A stretch of DNA of 18,761 nt from Fimbriimonadales bacterium (lineage in GTDB: Bacteria; Armatimonadota; Fimbriimonadia; Fimbriimonadales; ATM1), in the NCBI GenBank assembly GCA_051003155.1, contig JBPCLO010000018.1, positions 1-18,761 of the forward strand. Reading direction: 5' to 3'. The notes under the pieces were generated by a model that was given only the letters and a program-made list of their open reading frames with translations, was not told the DNA's origin and did not search any database. The translations under genes were made by a program, and so were the position numbers. Positions 8,746 to 16,787 of this stretch are shown in pieces; the stretch's first letter is position 1, and every line of letters starts with the position of its first letter.

Positions 8746-8850
8746 ATGCGCTATTTCTCCTGACTCCTTAGTCTACTTGACGAGGCATTGGCGTAATTCG
8801 TGGCGGAGTGGAGTAAATGCTCGCAGTCACCAATTTCGTAGAGCTAGGGC

Positions 8851-8880
8851 TTGACAAACTTCTGTTGATCCGGCTACAGT
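8851..8880 (+). promoter_or_regulatory. Sigma-70-type promoter of the Rhs locus (TTGACA-N18-TACAGT)
   Basis: Consensus -35 TTGACA at 8851-8856, -10-like TACAGT at 8875-8880, then GAGGAG SD at 8907-8912 and GTG at 8919. Confidence 0.65.
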
Positions 8881-8918
8881 GCGAGCAGCCAGCAAACTAA
8901 TTGCCAGAGGAGACTACC

Positions 8919-11900
8919 GTGGAAAGAACTTGGTTCCGTCTGACTGCAATCTCCGTTATCCTCGTCATGCTCACGCAGGCATCCGCGACGGCTATTCATT
9001 CTGGCGCCGCGCTTCTAGGGTCGCTGCTCGTCGATCCTCACGAGCCGTTTACGGACTCTCCGCACCCGCCGTATCTGGGCAGACGGCCGGGGAGAGACTT
9101 GGTTTATCGAGGCGGGTACTTCAACCCGCGAACGCTGGCTGCGGCTCAAAGGGCGGCAGCGACATGGCAAGAGGGAGGGCATGGAGGCGGCCTCTTTGCG
9201 TTCATAGGGGATTTTGTTCCTATGCTTACCGGACCGGTAGGCGGGGGAGGCGGAGGGCTGCCGGGCGAAGGTTCATCCGGAGGGCGGGAAGGCGGGCTGG
9301 GCGGCGTGGTCAACACGCACAACGGCAACTACATGAAGGACGTGCCGCTCTTCGATTTTCCTTGCAAAGGCGGCAGGCTCGAAGTCGACTTTACGCTTTA
9401 TCACAACAGCATCGGCGATTACATCGGCGGCTTCGGCTTTGGATGGAGCTTCACATACGACGCCGTCCTTTCGGTCGAATCCGGCCAAATCCAGGGAAGC
9501 GAAATCATTACGATTCGCTGGGGCGACGGCACGGTCGTGGTATTCGACGACTCGAACGCGGATGGGGTTTACATCAGGCAGCCGGGAGTATTCGACAACC
9601 TCATAAAACTTCCCGGAGGGAACTATCAGGTCACCACACAGGACCACGTGAAAATCGAGTTTGCGAAACCGTCCTCGTCGATCACGTTTCGCATTCTAAC
9701 GATTAAAGATCGAAACAACAACACGATCACCGTGGCCTGGGACACGCTCGGTAAGATCACCGGGATAACCGATCCGACGGGCAGGCAGACGATCATCACC
9801 TACGACGGCGAGCGTGTGGATACGGTTACGGACCCCGCCGGCCGCGTGTGGTCATTCGTCTATGACGCCATTTGGAATCAGGACCTCATCAAAATCGACT
9901 ATCCGGCGCTGAGCGGCGTAATCCACACGAGCTTTTTCGAGTTTGACGGCGACCACAACATTCTGTCTTTCAAAGATCTCAAAGGCAAGGAGTGGACGCT
10001 CGAATACGCCGACGGCAAGATATCCAAGATCATCGAGCCCGAGCCAATTAGTCGGACTACCGAGTACATCTACAGCACTTCTTATACGGACATCAAGAAC
10101 TCGGACAACACGACGATTCGCCACAACTACGGCTTAGATGAACTGCTCGTTAGCGAAGTCGACGAAGCAGGCTACAGCGTCGGCTACCTCATGTACAACA
10201 TCGACCATCTCCCGACGAAGATCAAGGACAAGAGGGGCAAGTTCTGGACGCGCACGTTCGACACGAACGGCAACATGCTAACCGAGAAAAACCCCCTGAA
10301 CAATACTTGGACTTACACCTACACCGCGAAGAGCGATGTCGACACGGCGAAGAATCCTTACAACGAGACGTGGAACTTCGACTACGACGCGAATGGAAAC
10401 CTGGAGTACGTTTATGACCCGAGCCTCCCCGCCAAGAGGCTCGTGTACAACCACTACGATTCCGCGGGCCAAATCGACTGGACGAAGGACGCCTATAACA
10501 ATCTGACGACGTTCGGCTACGACTCGCACGGGAATCTCGACCTCGTGACAGACCCTTATCTAAAGGAGACGACCGGCGACTACGACGTCTTGGGCCGCCT
10601 CGAGTGGGTGAAAGACCCTCTTCTCCACCAGACGAAGCTCCATTACGACGAGTGGGGGCGGATGGAGTGGCTCGAGCACCCTGCGGTCTCGGGAGTCGTC
10701 CACAGCATCTTTTACGAGTTCGACAACTTGGGGAACGTCACAAGGGCCACCAGCGAGCGTGGCAAAGAGACGAACCTTGTGTACGATGAAGTCGGAAGGC
10801 TCCTCACCGCAACGAACGCTCGGAACGAAGTCGAGACCTATCAGTACAACGCCGGGGCATCTTGTGGAAGGTCACGAACGGAAGGAACAACACGAGGGAG
10901 TACGTCTACAACGTCCGAGGTGAGCCGTACACGCTATCCATGCCTGACGGCACCGGCGAGGGATGGGCTTACGACGGAAACGGCAACGCCACCTACCACG
11001 ACTACCGCCAGTTTCTGTTCGAAGTTACCGGCGCCGTATTCGACGACGCCAACCGGATGACCGAGAGAAACGGCGTTTCCGGCCAGTCGATCACATATGG
11101 TTACGACGACGCGGATCGGCAGACCTCGATGTCGGATGTCACGGGAAGCACCACTTGGGAGTACTGGCCGAGCTCGCAGGTGAAGCGGATTGTCACCCCG
11201 CAAGGGGCGATGCGCTACACGTACGACGACGCTGCGCGACTACATAAGCTGATAGAAGAGGGGACTGTTCCCGAGATTGAGACAGTGCATGTATACGACA
11301 ATGCCGGAAGGCTCGACGGCGTTACAAAGGACGGTCAGATAACGGATTTCCAATATGATGACGCGTCGCGGCTCTTCAAGCTTGTTTACCCGAACGGATC
11401 GTACGCGCAGTACACTCACGACGAAAGGGACCGCGCGAAGCTCATCGAGCACAAGACCGCCGGGCACATTCTCATCGATAAAGAGGACAACGCCTACGGC
11501 CCCACCAGCAACGTGGACACCCGCATTTCTGGCGGCGTGACCACGACGTTCGGTTACGACAACATCGACCAGCTCGAAACTGAGAGTAACACCACCGGCT
11601 ACTCGGCCTCTTACACCTACGACGCCAACGGCAACCGGCAGACGCGAAGGGTTGGCCTCGTTACTGAGACGTATGCCTACGACCCTGGGGACAAGCTGAC
11701 TTCGATCAATTGGTTGGGAGGCAGCAAAAACTTCACCTACGACCTCGCGGGCAGGACGAAGACCATGGCCCAGTCTGGCATAGGAACGACGACTTATTAC
11801 TGGAACGCGTACGACCGCTTGACGAGCGTCACCCGCCCGAGTGGAGCTGAGAGTTTCAGCTACAACGGCGTCGATGCGAGGGTCTCCCGAACCGCCTCGG

Positions 11901-12781
11901 GCACGACGACCACTTACAAGCGCAGCGCCCCGCACCTAACCTCCCCCGTTCTCGCCGAGATTCAGGGCGGCACCACGACCGCACGCTATCTGCCCGGGAT
12001 TTCGGAAAAGCGCAGTGGGATCGACACCTTCTACCACTCCGGGATCAAGAACACGATCCTGCAGACCGGAAACGCCACCGCGACCAAACGGTACGACGCC
12101 TTTGGCAACCAGCTTGCGAGCACCGGCATTTGGAAGGGGCCCTTCTCTTATGGCGGGCCGTTCGGATATCAGACGGATAGCGGGTTACAGCTTCTGGGGG
12201 ATCGTTACTACGATCCGTCTCTTGGCAGATTCCTAAATCGCGATAGAGTCAAAGATGGCCGAAATTGGTACACCTATTGCGCCAACAATCCGCTGAGTTC
12301 GGCCGATCCCGAAGGTCGACTACTGTGGTTCGTCGCCGCCGGCATCGTGCTTTGGCGCGCATATGATGCCTACACAACAGTCAGGGACATTGCGGAGGAT
12401 CCGACTGATCCGATGAGCTGGGTCGGTTTCATCCCCGGAAGCCGATTCGCTAAGCTACTGCTCAAGAAAGCCGATACCGTATTCGACGGCCAGCGCAAGG
12501 TGCGTGGAGGCAAAGAACTGGCCGGAAAGTCCTGGACGGCTTCGCGCGAGAATCATTGGAAAGAGCGTGCGAAGCAGGGGGGCGCAAAGAAGTACTACGG
12601 AGAAGAGAATGTGGAGAGAATGAAACGAGGACGCGCACCACAGACGACCGATCCGAACAGTGGCAAGAAAGTTTCGATGGAGCTGAGCCATGATCCGGTT
12701 CCACGACGAGACGGCGGTACGGGTTTCACGGAGAGGTGGCCATGGGAGCACGCTGAGATTGACCCTTGGAGGCATCCGTGA
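8919..12781 (+). pseudogene. Rhs/YD-repeat polymorphic toxin (~1287 aa if repaired), split by a 1-nt deletion near 10854-10857; signal peptide, DUF6531-like domain, YD repeats, Rhs core, HNH-like toxin tip
   Basis: VNTHNGNY...YHNS...FGFGWSFTYD; many YD repeats (YDANGN, YDSAGQ, YDVLGR, YDEWGR, YDDAAR); Rhs core RYYDPSLGRFLNRD...YTYCANNPLSSADPEG. YD periodicity continues across the switch from the 8901 frame to the 10862 frame. The break may be a sequencing error. Confidence 0.9.
12317..12781 (+). other. Rhs C-terminal toxin region after the DPxG cleavage motif: hydrophobic pre-toxin segment plus putative HNH/EndoVII-like (LHH- or Ntox8-like) nuclease
   Basis: DPEG at 12305-12316, then LLWFVAAGIVLW, then ENVERMKRGRAPQ...SMELSH...RRDGG...WPWEHAEIDPWR. 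Family assignment is from pattern memory only. Confidence 0.6.
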
Positions 12782-13266
12782 ACTTGGTGGGCGGGAAGCG
12801 TCTTTCCGATGTCCGCGACGAGAAGGGCGCGTCAACGCTAGTTATTGACGGCATAGAGATTCTTAGCCTGCTTCACATTCCGGTGACCGGGGCATCAGTC
12901 ATAACGTTATCTCTGAAAACGGGGAGCGGAGCCACGTTACAAGGTTGTTCATTCAAGGCAAATGGAGGCAAGTTCGTCGTAAAGGGCAAGGATTACAAGG
13001 GTTTTTTTGCTTGGTCGGACACTTTACCAGAGGTCGCTGAATTCGAATACCGGCCAGGCAGGAAGATCCCAAAGGAAGGTTTTCTTATCACTGTTGCAAA
13101 TGCGTGGATTCAGGGAGGGACGCCGTGGAAGCACATAGGCAATTCGGGGATGATTGTTGAGTCTTTCGTCCTGGACGAGGGACGACAGTGGATCTGCCGC
13201 TGCAGCGACGGAATCGGCGAAGTGAATTTTGATGATCTTAGAATCGAAATCATGGTCACGCCTTAG
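12778..13266 (+). CDS. Putative cognate immunity protein, 162 aa
   Basis: GTG 12778 overlaps the toxin TGA (GTGA); GGAGG SD at 12768-12772; visibly more AT-rich; position immediately after the Rhs tip is typical of immunity genes. Confidence 0.7.
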   Translation: MNLVGGKRLSDVRDEKGASTLVIDGIEILSLLHIPVTGASVITLSLKTGSGATLQGCSFKANGGKFVVKGKDYKGFFAWSDTLPEVAEFEYRPGRKIPKEGFLITVANAWIQGGTPWKHIGNSGMIVESFVLDEGRQWICRCSDGIGEVNFDDLRIEIMVTP

Positions 13267-13406
13267 CCGCAACTTGCCGAGGACTTCCTTTTGGAAGAAC
13301 GCCCTAGTAGTTAGTTGCGTTGGCCGCGTTTCAGTTTAAGCGGTACTCTAGGCGAAGTGCGAGCCTCGTGAGCAACGTTTGCGCCGGCACCTTTGCTTCA
13401 GCGTTA

Positions 13407-13845
13407 ACGGGCCCAAGCGGAGCCGAGGCGTGCACGTGTAACGGCGTAGACGTGAGAGTCTCCCGAACGGTCCGCCGTATCTCTATCCGACAAATCGCAT
13501 CCACACCACTTTCGAAGCCCGTCAAGATCATCGAAGAGGGCATGATTCCCGAGGTGGAGACCGAGAGGTTTTACGACAACGCCGGGCGGGTGGAATACGT
13601 CACCAAGGAAGGACAGACCACGGACTTTCAGTACGTCGACGCTTCCCGCATTGTCAAGATGGTCTACCCGAGCGGATCGTATGCCCAGTACACTTATGAC
13701 GAAAGAGACCGCGCGAAGGTCATCGAGCACAAGACGGCCGGCCACGTTCTCATCGATAAAGAGGACAACACCTACGGTCCCACCAGCAATGTGGACACGC
13801 GGGTTTCGGGCGGCGTGACGACGACGTTCGGCTACGACAACATCG
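13407..13845 (+). pseudogene. Orphan Rhs relic made of two rearranged paralogous fragments
   Basis: 13524-13845 aligns without gaps (322 nt) to 11246-11567 (e.g. YAQYTYDERDRAKVIEHKTAGHVLIDKEDN vs YAQYTHDERDRAKLIEHKTAGHILIDKEDN). 13407-13470 aligns to 11831-11894 (PSGAE...NGVDVRVSRT vs PSGAE...NGVDARVSRT). Confidence 0.85.
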
Positions 13846-13847
13846 TC

Positions 13848-13947
13848 GGGTGGGCGTGACCTCAATCTAACTCAACTGCGGGTGGCACGGTCACGCGACT
13901 CCTTGGTTCCAATTACGAAAAACTCGCAATCAGCGTGTCCGTGAACG
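13848..13947 (+). repeat. Left REP-like terminus (two GTGG feet plus hairpin)
   Basis: Blocks gggtgggcgtgacctc (13848-13863), gggtggcacggtcacgcgac (13880-13899) and tcagcgtgtccgtgaacg (13930-13947); internal stem 13886-13896/13933-13943 (10/11). Confidence 0.8.
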
Positions 13948-13981
13948 ACCTCTTTCGCCGGCGCGCAAGTAGAATCGGCTC

Positions 13982-14578
13982 ATGAGGGATAAGCGCAAAC
14001 AGCGGATGGCATATGCCGAGGCTGGCCACGCGCATGAACTAACGTTTTCTTGCTACCGCGGCCTGCCGTTGCTCGAGAACGACGCATTCAAACGGCTTTT
14101 CCTAATGTCCCTCGACAAGGCGCGAAAGCGGCATGGGTTTATGGTGTGGGCATACGTGATCATGCCGAACCATGTCCATGTGCTTGTGTACCCGCTGAGA
14201 AGAACGTATTCTGTCGGCGACATCCTGCGGTCGATCAAGCAGCCGGCGGCGCAGGTTGCACTGCGCGAAGTCTGCACTAACGCGCCCATGTTGACCAAGC
14301 AGCTGACATTGCCGGACGGCCGGCGGAGGTTTTGGCAGGCGGGAGGCGGGTACGACCGAAATCTGTTCTCACCGGAAGCGATACATGCCTCGATCGATTA
14401 CATGCATGCGAACCCGGTTCGGCGAGGGTTGTGCGAGGCCATAGTCGATTGGGAATGGTCGAGCGCGAGGTGGTACGCCGATCTGGAATCGAAATTCGAG
14501 GTGGATCGATGCGATGTAGTTCTGCAATCGAAAGGCATACGTTCACAATCGAAAGGCATACGTTCACGGACACGCTGA
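13982..14578 (+). CDS. REP-associated tyrosine transposase (RAYT, Y1_Tnp HUH superfamily), 198 aa
   Basis: HELTFSCYR, AYVIMPNHVHVL (HUH motif), FWQ...YDR, DYMHANPVRRGL (catalytic Tyr), DWEWSS. Confidence 0.93.
   Translation: MRDKRKQRMAYAEAGHAHELTFSCYRGLPLLENDAFKRLFLMSLDKARKRHGFMVWAYVIMPNHVHVLVYPLRRTYSVGDILRSIKQPAAQVALREVCTNAPMLTKQLTLPDGRRRFWQAGGGYDRNLFSPEAIHASIDYMHANPVRRGLCEAIVDWEWSSARWYADLESKFEVDRCDVVLQSKGIRSQSKGIRSRTR
14525..14566 (+). repeat. Perfect 21-bp tandem duplication (caatcgaaaggcatacgttca x2)
   Basis: Direct reading: 14525-14545 and 14546-14566, encoding QSKGIRS twice at the RAYT C-terminus. Confidence 0.95.
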
Positions 14579-14659
14579 CGGACAATCTCAGCGAGCGGGA
14601 GGATGAGGTCGCGTGTCCGTGCCACCCAAAGCTCGTGGTGAACGAGGTCAAGCCCACCC
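14561..14659 (-). repeat. Right REP-like terminus (inverted copy of the left terminus)
   Basis: Blocks cgttcacggacacgctga (14561-14578), gtcgcgtgtccgtgccaccc (14608-14627) and gaggtcaagcccaccc (14644-14659); perfect 11-bp internal stem 14565-14575/14611-14621. Confidence 0.8.
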
Positions 14660-14694
14660 AGCCGTGTTTACCTTTGCTATTACAACGAGGTGCC

Positions 14695-15633
14695 GTGCGC
14701 GTGTTCGATTATGCTGTTTGGCAACCAACAGTTGATACGCGGGGCCGACTTTGGTTCTTCGACTTCAAGCGAGACGGCCAGACATTGTTCCTAAGTCGAC
14801 TTAATGAGGAACTGGTGTTCGACTGGCGAACGGAGTTGCCGCGCACGCCATATAATATCAGTGGCCCCGTCTTCGACGATGAAGACAGCGTATACGTTGC
14901 CACGCGGCTCACTTCGTCGAAACACGTAGTTCTTCGTAAATTCGATCGCAACGCTCAGCTCGTTTGGGCGGCGCCGATACTAACGCCACATGAAGCCGGT
15001 TATTTTCATTTCGACGTTACCGACGACGGTAGCCGTATATTGATGCTGGTTCGCCAATCCAACGGGGATGAATCCTGGACCGCTGCGTCCGTGCTAGGTG
15101 ACGCGGGCCAATTGATCCACCAGTTTGACATTGTCAACCCCGCGAGCACAACGGGTTGGTTCTCATATGCGCATGGTGGCGAAGTCGCTCGGGTGCCGGA
15201 TAGTCGAGAGTTCCTAATCGAATTCGTGCTCGGTCAACCTGATCCGATCGGACGGTTCGGCAGTGCGACTCGAATCGCGCGAGTGCACGACCGAGGGATT
15301 AAATGGGTCCACGTTTTGCCTCCCCGCGGTGGCAGTTACATCACTTTTACATGTGACAGCGGCGGGTTCTATGCCAATCATCACGGTCGTTTGTACAGAT
15401 TCTCATTCGAGGGAGTGCGCGAATGGGTGAGAGAGTTTCTTTTCTACTCGGAGGATGGCCCCGATAAGCTGGGACACCTCTACACCACGGGCAATGGAGG
15501 TTCGCGAAAGATATCGCCAGCAGGAGCCGTTGTTTGGGGGGCGCCGCGCGGCCTTCGTATCCATCTGTCGCAAACTCAGAGCAGATTCGTCATAACCGGT
15601 GTGAGCGACGATGTTCGGTTGTATTCGCAATAA
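14695..15633 (+). CDS. Hypothetical beta-propeller-like protein, ~312 aa; start uncertain (GTG 14695 or 14701), possibly truncated
   Basis: Recurrent blade-like motifs DDEDSVYVA, RKFDRNAQLVW, RFSFEGVREW, DKLGHLYTTG, KISPAGAVVW; GAGGT upstream. The longer ORF from 14332 just runs through RAYT and REP DNA. Confidence 0.55.
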   Translation: MRVFDYAVWQPTVDTRGRLWFFDFKRDGQTLFLSRLNEELVFDWRTELPRTPYNISGPVFDDEDSVYVATRLTSSKHVVLRKFDRNAQLVWAAPILTPHEAGYFHFDVTDDGSRILMLVRQSNGDESWTAASVLGDAGQLIHQFDIVNPASTTGWFSYAHGGEVARVPDSREFLIEFVLGQPDPIGRFGSATRIARVHDRGIKWVHVLPPRGGSYITFTCDSGGFYANHHGRLYRFSFEGVREWVREFLFYSEDGPDKLGHLYTTGNGGSRKISPAGAVVWGAPRGLRIHLSQTQSRFVITGVSDDVRLYSQ

Positions 15634-15660
15634 ACCGTCTGGGCCCGACGCTCTGGGAGA

Positions 15661-16773
15661 TTACTTCGGCACGATGCGCATGATTCGGTCGTCGTCGGCG
15701 GCGGGCCTGCCCCTTCCATCTTCGTTGCTCGTGCTGAAGTAGAGGTAACCGTCCGGTCCTTGCGCGACGTCCCGGATGCGGCCCATGTCGGTGATGATCT
15801 TCTCGTGTCTCACAACTTTGCGGCCGTCGAGGACAACGCGCATCAGCCCTTCGCCACGAAGGCATCCAAAGAAGAAATTGCCCTTGAATTGCGGCAGCTT
15901 GTCGCCGGAATAGAACGCGCCACTTGCGGGAGCTTCTGCAGGCGTAAATTCGAGAAGGGGCGAAACCAGTCCGTCCTGCGTCGCCGTGTGATGAATCGTC
16001 GGCCAGCCGTAGTTCTTGCCCTTCTCGACGATGTTGACTTCGTCGCCGCCGCCCGGACCGTCGAAGCCGGAGGGGCCATGCTCGGTCTGAAACATCAAGC
16101 CCGTGCCCGGCTGCCAGTCCATACCCTGGGCGTTTCGGTGGCCGTAGGACCAAATGTGGGGCAGTGCGGCGGCGTGCATAGCAAAAGGGTTGTCCTCCGG
16201 GAACGAGCCGTCGTCATTAACACGCAGGGTCTTGCCCCCGAGGGAGAGTAACTGCTGTGCGATGCGGCGGTCGGTGGCGTCGCCTGTCGTGATGTAGAGC
16301 TTGCCGTCCGGGCCGAATTTGATTCGGCAGCCCGCGTGGTTCGGCGCTGAGGGAAGCGCGTCCACGATAATCTTCATCTCCGAGAGCCCCGCTGAGGTTT
16401 CTTTGAATCGTACAACCCTCACTGAATTCAGCGTGTTGGCGTACGAGGCATAAATAAAGTGGTTCTTCGCGAAGTCTGGGTGGAGGCACAGGCCCATGAG
16501 CCCGGTTTCGCTCGCCGAAGCGACGTCTTTGAAGGTGTGAAGGGGATCGGGCTTGAGCTTGCCCTTCTCGATCACGCGAATTCGCCCGGGCCGCTCTGTA
16601 AAGAGAATGCGGCCGTCAGGCGCAAAGACGATCGACCAAGGCACCTGCAAGTTCGAGGCTACCGCTTCTAAGCGGTACTCGATGTTCTCGGGCGCGATCG
16701 GCCGGTGGCCAGCAGGCGGCGTATCGCCGCAGGCACTAACGGCGAGAGAGAACGCGAGGCAGACAGCTTTCAT
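15661..16773 (-). CDS. PQQ-dependent sugar (glucose/sorbosone) dehydrogenase, lipoprotein, 370 aa
   Basis: Lipobox LAVSAC; L.VPWSIVFAPDGRILFTERPGRI, GLMGLCLHPDF, HAGCRIKFGPDGKLYITTGD, SYGHRNAQG, GKNYGWP, GRIRDVAQGPDG. Confidence 0.92.
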   Translation of the reverse strand: MKAVCLAFSLAVSACGDTPPAGHRPIAPENIEYRLEAVASNLQVPWSIVFAPDGRILFTERPGRIRVIEKGKLKPDPLHTFKDVASASETGLMGLCLHPDFAKNHFIYASYANTLNSVRVVRFKETSAGLSEMKIIVDALPSAPNHAGCRIKFGPDGKLYITTGDATDRRIAQQLLSLGGKTLRVNDDGSFPEDNPFAMHAAALPHIWSYGHRNAQGMDWQPGTGLMFQTEHGPSGFDGPGGGDEVNIVEKGKNYGWPTIHHTATQDGLVSPLLEFTPAEAPASGAFYSGDKLPQFKGNFFFGCLRGEGLMRVVLDGRKVVRHEKIITDMGRIRDVAQGPDGYLYFSTSNEDGRGRPAADDDRIMRIVPK

Positions 16774-16787
16774 CACTGTTCTTACGA

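Larger units (their letters stand above)
13848..14659. mobile_element. RAYT element bounded by ~100-bp composite inverted termini (812 bp)
   Basis: Three nested inverted-repeat pairs (15/16, 19/20 and 18/18 identity) surround a Y1 HUH transposase gene. No target-site duplication is visible. Confidence 0.7.

Noticed and set aside
8799..8815. Minus-strand CCACTCCGCCA resembling a tRNA-Ser 3' end (possible att site at the island edge)
   Set aside because: Only about 8 nt match the tRNA-Ser end, there is no T-arm, no integrase, and no matching repeat at the other island edge.
10862..12781. Independent 639-aa Rhs gene starting at TTG 10862
   Set aside because: It starts mid-YD-repeat with no SD and is better explained as the frameshifted continuation of 8919.
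13320..13859. 179-aa ORF as a functional gene
   Set aside because: It is a mosaic of out-of-order Rhs fragments and non-homologous sequence, has no SD, and takes its stop from the repeat; treated as a relic.
13848..14659. Repeats as a CRISPR array or as TIRs of a DDE insertion sequence
   Set aside because: The repeats are inverted rather than regularly spaced direct repeats, there are no cas genes, the enclosed protein is HUH/Y1 rather than DDE, and no target-site duplication is visible.
14332..14694. N-terminal extension of the 433-aa ORF
   Set aside because: It overlaps RAYT out of frame and runs through the tandem repeat and REP blocks, so it is probably incidental open frame.
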